Origin: Chlorokybus atmophyticus | Lineage: Eukaryota > Plantae > Mesostigma and Chlorokybus algae | Assembly: GCA_009103225.1 (NCBI GenBank) | Contig: RHPI01003491.1 | Span: 183,128-247,127 of the forward strand | Direction of reading: 5' to 3' | DNA length: 64,000 bases | In this document: one piece after another, positions 26,206 through 41,556 of the stretch | Numbering within the stretch: the stretch's first letter is position 1 | Layout of the letters: each line of letters opens with the position of its first letter | Program-made: the position numbers and the translations under genes | Notes under the pieces: model-generated | Told to the model about the DNA's origin: nothing | Database searches by the model: none | What the model saw: the letters and a program-made list of their open reading frames with translations, nothing else

Positions 26206-27582
26206 ATGCAGGCGGCAGCGGCGGCGGTGGTGGCGTGGCCGTTGGCGGCGCCCTCCAGGCCGAGGTGCTTGCGACTGAGGCATACACGAAGGCGTGGAGC
26301 TCCCGCTCTGACGCGCAGCGCGGTCGTTGCGGCCGCCGCACAGGAAGGTGGCACCATCGTTAGGGAGGTAAGCAGGAGATGAGCGGGCCGCAGCTGTTTT
26401 TGTTGTATTGCGTTCATGCTATAACTTGCGTGCCATCTGATGTATTGCGTTTTAAACATGGAGTGTACTGTGTAAAAACATGCTCACATGCTGCAGTCCT
26501 GATGTTTCGAACAGTATGACCGCAGCATGTCTTTGCAGGAAGTCCTTAGATGTCAGGATAAGTCAGGCAGTGCTCATTATGCATGCAAGTAATGTACGTG
26601 CATGAACATGCATACGCTTCTTGGGTCTGGCATGACATAGACTGCAACAACCCCTTCCCGCGCACTCAAAGCAGCAGTGTGCGCTGCTTTGAGGGCGCGT
26701 GAGTGTTGAAGGCATTCTTTGTGCACGCATTGCCGCAGGTCGTTTGTAAGTTGAGGTGACATCTACTCGTGTAAGCTTTACTCAATTACTTTTATGTGCT
26801 TTAGGTGTTGACGAGAGAGCAGCGCCAAAAGCTCAACACTCTCAGCGACAGAGACTTCTACGGCTCCCCACGTATTGTAAGCCTTATGCTCAACGCAGGG
26901 TCTGTTTCCTGTATACCACCAGCCTGTTTCAACATCTCACATGCAACACTCGTGTTAGGTCACACACGTGGACGATGCTTTCATCGCAAACCTCACCGAG
27001 CTGTACCGGCGGAGAGTGCCCGCCGGAGGGCGTGTATTTGACATGATGAGCAGTTGGGTGAGTCATCTACCTCCCGAAGTGGAGTATGCAGAAGTCATCG
27101 GCCATGGGATGAACGCCTCAGAGCTAACAAAAAACCAACGTTTGGATAAATGGTTCGTGCGGGACCTCAACGCAGACCCTGGTTTTGAGTTGGCGGACCA
27201 GAGTGTAAATGCCGTGTTGTGCGCCGTGAGCGTGCAGTACTTGCAGCAGCCTGAGAAGGTGTTTGCGGAGATATACCGCGTGCTGAAGCCGGGAGGCGTG
27301 TGCATCATGTCGTTCAGCAACAGGATGTTCTACGATAAGGCCATCGCGGCATGGCGGGAAGGCACGGGGTACTCACGTGTGCAACTGGTGAAGAGTTATT
27401 TCCTATCAGTCAGGGGGTTCACGCAGCCTGAAGTGATTACAGAGTTGGAAAACCCACCTGCGCAGAGGCGGGACTTCATCTCTACTCTGGTGAAGCTCTT
27501 TCAGCGCTCTTCTAGTGACCCGTTCTATGCTGTAGTCAGTTATCGCAATTTTAAACCTGAAGATGCCGGAGAAACCATGTAG
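26206..27582 (+). CDS. Class I SAM-dependent methyltransferase (Methyltransf_11, cyanobacterial type) with transit-peptide-like N-terminus, 3 exons
   Basis: MQAAAAAVVAW..GTIVRE|VLTREQRQKLNTLSDRDFYGSPRI|VTHVDDAFI..FDMMSSWVSHLP..GHGMNASEL..VSVQYLQQPEKVFAEIYRVLKPGG..SFSNRMFYDKAI. Confidence 0.9.
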
Positions 27583-28671
27583 TGTAGTTGTTGCTCTTTC
27601 GTTGGGAAGAGTTGTATGATACATACAGTGTATAGTTCGCGAGCTTAGGTTAGTGTTGTAGTGATTGTAAACCAAGCAAACCAGCTACCATCGCAGATTC
27701 CGAGGGTTTGCCAGCATGCAGCAGCTATGTTATGCCATACCTATTGCCACAGGCAAGTAGCTCCAACAAACTTGCATACCAAGTATCAAGAAGGCAATCA
27801 ACCATAGTAACACAATTTGCACATTTGCACTACGCATTGTGACAATGGCGATCTACGACAACTGCGTGTGCACATTGCATGATCTAACACTGTCATTCCC
27901 TGCTATGTTGGTGTGCGCATATCGCCACAGTGCGCGGGGCGGAGCCACGGCGCCTGGAGGGCTTCATCCGCATCTGCCGTCAGCGTGTGGCATGCACCTT
28001 GCAGGGGCGCAGGCGATAGCGATCTTGGAGCAAGGAGCCGCGGCGGTGGCCGCAGTGCCGGGATGGGGTCCTGTACCGCAAGGCCCTTCAACTACCAAGG
28101 CAGGTGCCGCGCTTGCTTGGGATGACAGCGTGTACATCTTTGGTTGTGTGTTGAGTGTGTATTGTTGAGCAGGTAGGTATGGTGGCAGCACTGACATTGG
28201 ACGCTTGTACGTCAATGATAATAGAGGTTGTGGCATTCACGCCGTCCCCGCCATGCCCTTGCACTTGCCCTTGCTGTTGTGACCGCTGGTGCAAATGGGC
28301 CACTAACCAGATGGCGCTGCAGGTAACCACGACTGCAACGTGTGCATGCATGACTATCAAGGGGGCGTAGATGTAGGTGTAGGAGTAGAGTAGGTAGCCT
28401 GGTGGTCATGTATATAGCAACGAGGTGAGTATGTTTTGCAGTGTTGCATGCGTGGTGTGGTCTGAATGGGCATACCCGTCTCGCTTTTCTGTACATAGGC
28501 ACCAGCCCCCAGCGTAGCTTGGCCCTTGAGCTTGGGTGGTAAGAATGTATGTGTACAAAGAATGCAATGCGGTGATAGTGATAGTGACATGTAGGCAACC
28601 GCCATGCATGCATAAGACAAGTGTGCAACGTGTGTTGTGTAGGTCCTTGTTTCTCTATCTCTCTGTACAGA

Positions 28672-28723
28672 GAATACAAGCAAACGCGACACAATACATA
28701 TTGTGTCGCGTTTGCTTGTATTC
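28672..28723. repeat. Perfect 24-bp inverted repeat with 4-nt loop
   Basis: GAATACAAGCAAACGCGACACAAT-acat-ATTGTGTCGCGTTTGCTTGTATTC. Confidence 0.95.
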
Positions 28724-29219
28724 CGGACACCTCTACTACCATATATATGTTTGGTCTGTCATTGTTTTTCTCTGTCTCTCATGTATTACTGTTATGTCTG
28801 CTTGCATTTGGGGCCCCTCTTATCCACACTTTTGCATACTACTGGTTTTTGGTCGCAAGGAGTTGCCAGAACTACCCACCAGGCTAGCCTAGGAGCACAT
28901 TGCACCTTCTGGCTAGTCAAATCAAGGCAGATGCAGAGCGGACGCAGTCCGTCCTAGCGTGGTTGTTAACATTATGGAAGCGTCATTTGTGACTGCCATG
29001 CTGGTTTGTAGCCTGCATGGTTTCTCACCCACTTAGCTAGCAGTGCGTGACAGGGCTCGCAGTGAGCAGCCCTGCCAAGCACAGCACTCTGCTTGTACTT
29101 GCCATACTGTCCAGAGTTGCATACCAGGGAAACTTGTATTCCACACAATCACGGTAGTGTCCACAATGTCCCCGACCAGTCTGGCAATCTAAGCACTAAC
29201 CAGTGACTCGCAAGCAGGC

Positions 29220-32390
<3,171 letters not shown>

Positions 32391-33067
32391 TGTTGCAGGC
32401 AACAGAAGCACGAAGACAAGCGCAACGTGAGGCGCAAAGCTGTAGCCTGCTTCACACTGACAATGCAGACAACCCCGCCGACGGCCTCGTCAACAACCTC
32501 CGCCAAACAGCAAAATGCCAAGTAAACCCTAATGCAGAATTTGTCCATTAGCACCTTAACAGCGCCCGTACGTTATATTACGCATGCAGCGTTGTGACGC
32601 CATGTGATCAGCGCTTCTTGAAGCTCAGAACGTTACTTAAGTCAAGGTACGCAGTATAGCGTTCCGATTTGATAGAGTTAAGAGAATGCTGCGCATGCAG
32701 TATCTTAACTGTGCTGCTGGTCAAATGCGAGCTCAACAAGCAGCTTGCTGACGACACTGAGCTCGCCGCCGGTGGCGGCGACAATTCCACAACTGCCACA
32801 ACTGATGTGTACTGAACTCGCATTGTTGAGGAGTCGAGAATGACTGTGCACGCCAAGCGTTTGCATGTGAGGCAGCTGTGCTTTGAGGCATTGCCGACAT
32901 GGGATGTAATGACCACTTCTTTGTCGTAGTGTTAGCAAGGAGTCTGCATTGTTGAACACGTTTGTCATGCAGAACGTCTTCAGGCATCCTCAGGGTGCTC
33001 AGCAGTGAGTGGTTAAGCTGCAGGCTGTACAGCCTTTTAACTGGCCAGTCTGAACCAGGCCAAGAGG

Positions 33068-36000
33068 ATGGCTTGGCTGAGGCACGAGCTGCGGGTTGGT
33101 CTCATGACAATGCTGGTTTTCATGCCAGCCGCCATCATGGTGTGGAGGACGGGCCGGCTGGCTAGGGATGAGACCGTCATGCGCGAAGCTGGCAGCGGCG
33201 TCAAGCTCAACAACACTGCTTATCTGCCCAGTGGCACGCCTATTGCAGCCTTTGCATGCCCTGCTGATGATGGCAACGACAATGAGCTTTGGCAATGGCA
33301 AACAGCAGGTGCGCTTGTGCTTGCAATTGAACTTGGCAGCATCACAGGACACCTGGTGCATGCAAGCAACCCATTCCATGCATTGTGACTTGCACACCTA
33401 TGCAAATGCTTGTTGCCATCATGCATGTGCTGTATGCTGCATACAAGCAGACGCTGTTTTGTTTTCAGCTCAGTGGTTTGGCATGTGTTACAACTTGTTA
33501 CTTACTGAACTGACGGATAATCCCCGTAACCAAGCAAATTGTAGATACCGATGGGCTGATATGCTTCCCGACGCTCAACAGGCATGGGACCAATAGTGCT
33601 TTCATCTGCTCGCAACCTGTGTGTCGGTGTTGATCCACTGAGCAGTGTTTCAACTGACGGCGTCAAGGCTTTCGTTGCACTCGTTGATTGCAGAGTCGCT
33701 CTCCAGTTCGTGCATGATCCACGAACAGGTAAGTGACATGACACATAGGTTGAGACGCAGTGCATGATTGAGAGCATCCACCAACTGCTTGCTGGTGATT
33801 CAGGACAGGTACGAGCGCGCTGGGGTCATGCCAGGCAGGGCATGCTTTGTTTAGATGTCACTCCACCAGATGTTGCCAACCAGGTGCCATGGGGGTTCAC
33901 CACGGTTGGCATAACCTCTCTATTACCTTGTGATGTTGATTGTGCCTTTGCTGTCGTCCAGGGCATGCGTGCCGTGTTGACCGAATGCGACACGTCTGCT
34001 GCATCCCAAACCTGGACGGTGCACTCGCAGCAATTGCAGACAACAATCGCACCAACACAGCTTCCTGCCGTCCGCCTTGGTAGGCAGGGTGGTGCTGGCC
34101 GCGCCAATTGCTGCCCTACTGTCACTGTTGTCAGCATGCATGCAACTAGTCAACAGCCCAAGAATGAGCACTCCTCAAATGAAGTATTCTACAGGCACTC
34201 CAGCCACAAGATGTCTCGCTCCAAGTTTGGGACCATGCGGTCCTGACATGTTTTGCTTGAGCAACACTCTCGGAAGCAACATGGTGCTGCAGGTACCTGT
34301 TTGCGAAGTTTCCATGTAATCAACGCACTTCACACACTGATTGTCATACTGGCCAGTCTACTGACATAACGTCAACCAGCGCTCCCAAAAAGCGGTCATC
34401 TGGGGCTTCAGCACACCAGGTGATGTGGTGACTGTTACGCTTGGTGGTGATGACACGGACGTGCAGGTGGCAACGTCAACAGATACAGGTGAAGGCAGTA
34501 AAGCGACTTTTACACAAGCCATTGCAGACCGCTTCGGTCCTTCTAACCAATAGCAGCATAATGTCCAGCAAGTCCTGCCTTGTTGTGACTGTCACCACAA
34601 CCAGATATAGGTTCTTGGCAGGTGTCACTGAATGCACGGCCAGCTGACCACATCCCAAGGAAACTCGTGGCACAGTCTAGGGACACTGGCAGACAGGAAG
34701 TGCTTGAGAACATCATTTTTGGAGATGTGTTCCTGTGTGGCGGCCAGGTGCGTAGATTGCTTCACTTTCTGAATGTCTCAAAGCATTCCCAACGGCTCCG
34801 CTGTGCAGAGCAACATGGGCATGACTGTAGGACAAGCCTTCGGTGCAGATGAGGAAGCGGCAGCGTCTGAGCGTTACCCAGACATTCGGCTGTTCTCCGT
34901 TGGTCAGGTGCTTGGGGTTGAAGGGTTTGTTTGTGGATTCAAGTCACAATTGAGGACAGTGTCGACACAGTTTTGTACTGCTGCATGCGTAACAAGTGCC
35001 ATACATGCACGGTTACTCATGATGATTAACTGCCGTCCCCTGTGATAGCATGTGTTGATTTACACCCTCTGTCTTCTGGTATAGGGAACAGGCTTTCCAG
35101 GGACTACAGAAGAGCTTTCAATGCTGGGCACCATTGACTTGCCTTGGCAACTGCCGACCAAAGAGGCACTCACTGCGCCAGAGTGGTCCCACTTTTCCGC
35201 TGTTTGCTGGGTCAGTGCAGCAGCCCATACATGCCAGTCGCCATGAGCTTGCATGAGGTCAACTTCAGTGGCTGTGTGCTGCAATCATTTGCGCGGTATG
35301 CGAGCTAACTTGTACCACACTGCAGACCTTTGGCCGGCACCTGTACGACAACTTGAAGGTTCCTATTGGGCTTGTCAGCAGCAACTGGGGCGGTACATGC
35401 ATAGAGCACTGGATGCCCGACAGTTTGAGCGACAGCTGCCGCAGCAACTCCAGTGCCAAGCCGGATACAGCGAGCAGAGTGACTGCTGTTGACAATGAAG
35501 GTGTACTTTTCAGAGCCATGATCGCGCCCTTTCTCCGCATGCGCCTGTCCGGAGTACTGTGGTACCAAGGAGAAGCAAATGGTATGGAAGCCTTGAGTGC
35601 GTGTCATAACAGACATGTACCCATCTTGTATCTTTGTCCCGCAACCCCAATGTGCCGCTTCATCTGCAATGGCATGCACTTAACCCTTTTTTTCGTGCAG
35701 TTGGCTCTGAAACAGCACATTCCTGCCCTTTGCACGGCCCCTACATGTACCGCTGCTTGCTTCCAACCCTCATAAACAGGCGAGTTGAGTACTTTGTTTA
35801 AGTTAAGATGGAATGTTTGTTCGTTGATCAAGGGTGAGAAGGAATAGTGACGTCCCACTTCTTGCAGTTGGCGCCGGCGCTTTGAGGTGCAAGATCTGTT
35901 CTTCGGGTTTGTGCAGCTCGCTCCTTACACCAAGTATTTGCCAGATCTAAACAATCTCACAATGCTCGCTGACATCCGAGATGCACAGGCAATGCTTCAT

Positions 36001-36694
36001 TTTGTGTGCCGCATGCATGTGGCATATGGCACGCAGGTGCTGAGTGCACCTGCATCTACCCACAGGGTTATGTAGCGAGGAACAGTGATGCACGAATAGT
36101 CATGGTTACTGCGGTGGACTTGGGTGACGCTGATTCGCCATGGACGGATATACACCCTCGACCAAAGGCGCCGATCGGGCAACGGCTTGCAAGGGCTGCA
36201 TTGGTAAGCCTTTTGTGCAGTGAGGCAACAATCACTTGTCACGTATTGAACAACTTGCTGAACCGCGCATGTGTGCACAGGCACGTGTGTACAACTGGTC
36301 TATCATACATGAAGGCCCCATCTTTAAGTCAGCATCTGCTGCACCCAACGCCGCGTTTGATGAAGAAACTATCACCATGGAGGTGAAGTTTGTCCCTAGC
36401 AGCATCGGCTCTGGCCTACAGCTGCGTTCAGCCGCCTGCCCGCAGCGCGACAATCCCCCAGGACTGTTTCCAAAGCATTGTGCGGGTTGGGAGATACAGT
36501 CGCAGGATTGTGGGTGGCACGCTGCAAGTGTTCAAGTCACCAATAACACGGCGCAGGTCTCGACCGTCATTACTAGTGACTTCACTCTGCCTGCTGTTGC
36601 TGTGCGTCATCTCTGGGGCGATTGGCCTGTGGTGTCAGTCTTCAACAAAGAGGGCTACCCTTGCTTGCCATTCAGCGCTGCAATTAGCACTTAA
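33068..36694 (+). CDS. Sialate O-acetylesterase-like SGNH hydrolase with N-terminal membrane anchor and ricin-B-like lectin segment, ~12 exons
   Basis: SNTLGSNMVLQ|RSQKAVIWG, FGDVFLCGGQ|SNM, HFSAVCW|TFGRHL..PIGLVSSNWGGTCIEHW, GVLWYQGEAN, FVQLAPY, AVDLGD..DIHP, VRHLWGDWP. Upstream exons contain NELWQW, LCVG, LCLDV and ECDTSAASQTW. Confidence 0.88.
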
Positions 36695-37845
36695 GGAGGT
36701 CATGCGCCCAGCATAAACTGCCAAGTTGGCAGTGCCAGTATCGATGGTACTCGGTTGAATAAAGCATAGATAGCGGATGGTTCTTCCAACTTTGCTTAAT
36801 GTATACTTCGCAAGTTTCCAGCCAGGTTGTCAGCTTAATTGTAGTCCCATGTGGAGTATACGATTGGATACGCCATGTAGTTTGAAATGAACATACGAGG
36901 GTGTAGGGGAGGGAGGGGGAATAACTGCAACTGCGATGCATGCAAGTCTAACAGGGGGGCAGTAGTGATAAAGGTAGGGGTAGTAGGTAGATAGCGCGCA
37001 AGCGCATGCCTGAGCCCGGTGGTCAAGTTGGTGAGTGCGAATTATGTGATAGTGGCATGGCGTGTGCACGTAGATTTGCATCTACGAGTCGTACTTTGCA
37101 TCTTTTGTATACTGGACAGCAACCAACACTGAGCAAGTGACCCAACAGCGATTGTTAGATCTGATAGGTGCATGTGGTTCGGCGAGTGCAGGGCGGTGAA
37201 TGACTACCTGGTGCGCGTGCGCACGTGCCTGCATGTGTGGGTGTAGGTGTGAGAGGATGCCTGTGTGCGAGGGTGTGCGTGAATGACAGCCTGTGTTGGT
37301 GGCAGTGTGTGCGTGCGTGTAGCAATGTGACCAGCTTGATAGAACTGGAAACTTTATACATGTCCATTGGTACATACAGAAGTGATTTCACTGTTATATT
37401 GTGTTCACTAACTGTTGACAACGCACGCAGTAGTGCGGTACTGACCAATAGCTGGATATACAATCGTGTCCTTACCTCAATCATCAAGCACATTAGAAAC
37501 AACAAAGTTTGTAGAATTAAGCATGAGGGCTTTTGCTCATCAGGCACCCCATCACGAGCAAGCTAGCCAGACTGGGTGCACCAATGTCTTATGACAAAGC
37601 AATCAATGATCTTTTGACAGTCAGCAACTGTTCAGACCATCTCGAGCTAACTACACGCGTGCAACTGCACCAAGACATAAGTCCGATGGTTTGTAGGGTC
37701 TATATTATTACTCATCAACCTCACATGTGCTTACAGTGTTTGTCCAGTGGCACTAGCACTACACCACCTCGTTACAAAAATGCAAAACGAGGCTGCCTAT
37801 GTGCAACAACTGATCCTAAGCAACGGTGTATTTCTGCGCTGTCTT

Positions 37846-39510
37846 TTAGGCGTGGCTGAAAGCGTACTTGGGGGAGAAGTTCCTCTGCACCGGGCGCGCG
37901 TTGTTGTTGTGAATGTTCTTAAACCACAGGATCTGCTCGGCTGTGGCGCTGTAAGGCTTGTTCTTCTGCACATGCCTGTTGGATATAATGCCACAAAAAT
38001 GAGTTCTGTGCTCTAGCAACAGAGTAGACAACCATCGCTCAACCACCAACCCACACTGATGTACCCCACATTACACCCCCTGCCCTGGTGCATGCTAAAC
38101 TCTGCAACCTGCATTGATGTGTAAGCACCCATACTAATGCTCACCACGTGACGTATTCGCAGCAGGGAGGAGTGGTGAGCGAGCCCTTGTAAGTGAAGTA
38201 CTCAGTTGGGACGGGGATGAGCGACAGGTCAACGCCTTCACCATTCTTCACAATGAACTCCTACACAGTGCAAACATTCATGGAGTCAGGTACACAGAAC
38301 CACCACTGTGACCATTACCACTACCACTGACATTCACCGCTCATCATTTCTACAGGCAAATCTATCAATACTAGTCAACAAGTTGGTTGCTATTGCAAGT
38401 TCAGGTGGCCTGTTGTGAGATGTAACGTACAGGACATGGTGGTTATGTGCATGCATGACAGTGTATACCTTCAGGAAGGGGTTCTCCGTGTAGCCAAGTT
38501 TGAAGAAGACTGCTATGACGGAGAGTGAGGCGGGGTCCTTTGAGGTGACCTGTGGGAGAAATGCATGCGAAGTGTGAGTGGCAGGTGAAGGCGAGAGTTA
38601 TCTGGGTTCGAAGGGCAAGAGGACTCTTGCAATGGGCTTACTGTGTGCATCTCCAGGTCGGCAGCTTCTGCGCACTTGGGACCAACGATGTGCTCTGACA
38701 CACGCAGTTCAAGATCAGTTCTATTGACAACAACTTACACGACATATATGGGCACACAGCACACATGTACACACAGCTACGTACCTGCTGGGCTGTGGAA
38801 GTGGGTCTGTGCGATGTTATAGACATCCGTGCCCAAAGAACCGCCGGTGAAGGTACCCCCTGACAAGTTGCACATCCGCATGTCAGTTTAACAAAGTCGG
38901 AGACGATCACAACCACATCCATGGCAACCACATCCATCGTTCATGGCAAAAAGGGATTGCTGCGGGCACACATACCAACAAAGATCTCGACGGTTTTTCC
39001 TGGCGGAGCCAAGTGCGTGATGCCCTGGTACTGCACATTCAGGGGCTTGAGGCCCAAGCGGCGGGGAGCCTCCTTCACTTTGTCCGTGAGGCGCACAGGA
39101 CTCTGCCAGACAGCCATCGAGTTAGCATGAGCACACTTGCAACACACACACACATTGGTGTGACTCCCATGCAAAGGCACTGCTGCTCACCTGGAAGTAG
39201 CCTCCGCACTGGGTGGGAGGCTGCAGGTTCTTCCACTCCGAGGGCCCAGGGACTGCCATGCAACAGGTTGATGTTAGTAGTTGCAAGCATCAAGCAACGT
39301 TGCATGTTGTTGTACCACTTGGAGCACACAATGCACCTCACCTCCATCACCGTTGTCTGTCCAGTCCCACGTGTACACAATGGACGCATTGACGCCGTTG
39401 TTGCAGCCGCCAACCTCGCATGCAGCGACAGCGAGCTGCAGCACGAGGAGGAGGGAGACACCAACCAGAAGCAGTGGGCGGATGGCGGACGACGACGAGG
39501 ATGACGCCAT
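37846..39510 (-). CDS. Secreted alpha-type carbonic anhydrase, ~8 exons
   Basis: Signal peptide MASSSSSSAIRPLLLVGVSLLLVLQLAVAA; W..QCGGYFQ|SPV; zinc ligands QTHFHSPA|EH..DLEMH; YFTYKGSLTTPPCCEYVTW; NNARPVQ. The conserved disulfide Cys pair is present. Confidence 0.92.
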
Positions 39511-40590
39511 GGAGATGGATGGCAATGACACCACCAACAACAACACACACAACAACAACCTTTGCACAAACACACACTTGCAGTGCAACTTCCAGTGATG
39601 ATGCACAGTAGCTGCCGACATGTTATATATACCAGCACCGGTGCCCGGTTAGTTTTGCCGCAGATGGATGGCCGTCGGTTAACCAAGCAGCCGGTGGCGG
39701 AAAGGATACATGCATCGGTGTGACCGAGTTGCACACCGAGTCATATCGTAGTGATCAGTACATGTGCCGGTCAAATGCCGGTATTTTGTACAATAGCTTT
39801 CCGCGTTGACGCGTACGTACAGTGTGATGACAGCAAAGGATAAAGGTCAGGCTGCGCAAGTTTTGCGCGTCATCGCACCGTACATCCTCCTCCTGGCCTT
39901 ATCTCAGGTCCGCGCAAAAACACAAACTCGAATCAATTCGTTCCCTTGTACTTTTGCGCGTACGACAGGCACTGCAGCCGTAGATCGCAGCAGAAGAATG
40001 GAATCGACGGAGCGTAGGACGTTCGTACACCGATGTACAGTTTTGGACGGATACGAGCCACAAGTCGCGCATAACATACCAATAGGGTTTATACATTTTT
40101 GTCGCGAAGGCTGGAGACTGTCCCTACCAGCCGCACTGTACTACGGACGAAGGGACAAGTAGGGGATGGAGGCCTGCTTCACGTTACGGAGTTCGTATCG
40201 AAAGCGATCGCGGAGTCAGCCTCTGAGACCGACCGACCAGCTGCGACAGCTCGGATGTAGGTGGATATAGGCCTAGCCCTGCCTCAGGCAAAGAGCAGGC
40301 TGCCTATTGCTGCGCAGCTACCTCACGTTGAGGCCCTATCTCATCCAGACTTGTTTGAGCCTCAAGTATGGTCAAGTCTGGCACTTCTGGACCTAGAACT
40401 TGTTGCCAATCAGTAGTAGGTGGCCTAGCGCTGGCAGTACGGAGCATGGCGGCGTCAAGTTTCCGCTGTAGAAAATGCACTTTGAACTATGCACAAAGCC
40501 TATTTTTAATGAAAACTAAACCTATTCGATGACTTATGTGGTGCATGTGGTGCATGATGTGAGCCCCGACAGCGCGGGGAGCAGGGGCGG

Positions 40591-40695
40591 NNNNNNNNNN
40601 NNNNNNNNNNNNNNNNNNNNNNNNNNNNNNNNNNNNNNNNNNNNNNNNNNNNNNNNNNNNNNNNNNNNNNNNNNNNNNNNNNNNNNNNNNNNNNN
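40591..40695. other. Assembly gap
   Basis: N run followed by poly-G. Confidence 0.99.
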
Positions 40696-40739
40696 GGGGG
40701 GGGGGGGGGGGGGGGCGCCTGCTGATAAACATTACCTTA

Positions 40740-41511
40740 CGAGCAAACAGAGGTGAAGACGCAATACAAATACCACAACTTGCAATACTTTATCTTAAAA
40801 TTTATTTATTCACATATATAATTTAAGATGCTTAATCGAACTTTGCGCAAACTTATTGTTACGCTATCAAAAGTTTCGTGACCGTTGCGATCAAGCATGT
40901 TGAAGCCTGGAATATTGCTTTATGTAACGGCTTTTGTCAAGTATTTACGAGTTATATACATTTTGCTTTATAAACATCATCAATGATGACTCATTGGATG
41001 GTCTAACGAAGCAATGTTTTGCATTGTGCTTGGCAAGTTGTAGTATAATGTACATAATTTGCTTTCGCACAACACAACACGTATATATATATATATATAT
41101 ATATATATTACATATATGTACATATATGTATATATGTACATATATGTATGATTAGCCATATACGAACATACACCTCATTGCATACTTTGTATACATGAGC
41201 AAAAGTCCCACAAATGTAACATATTACGTTATATAGTACGAGATGGGGCATACAAGCTATGTTGCTCCTTTTATGGCACCGATTTTTGCTGTCATACCCG
41301 AGGCCTAGTGGTTGGAGTGCCGTGTCCCAACATCTGTGTCCATATGGTTTAAACACATTTGTGCGGGTTCATCGGTGAGTGCGTGCGTGAGTGGATGTAT
41401 GGTTAAGTGATGTGCAATTGCAAACGTAATACTGATCGCCGCGCTTGGGGGTCAATATAAAGTGCTTCCGAAGTGCTGGCCAAAAACCGAATATATATAT
41501 ATATGTGTGTG

Positions 41512-41556
<45 letters not shown>

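Noticed and set aside
27900-28350. GC-rich coding-like stretch (LEGFIRICRQR..GVLYRKA)
   Set aside because: In-frame stop and no identifiable motif; possibly a decayed TE or gene fragment.
37082-37800. Minus-strand ORF pieces downstream of the carbonic anhydrase
   Set aside because: No coherent exon chain; may be UTR or intergenic.
39814-40141. TA-CAGTG...CACTG-TA as a possible MITE
   Set aside because: Only 5 bp match; not a credible TIR.
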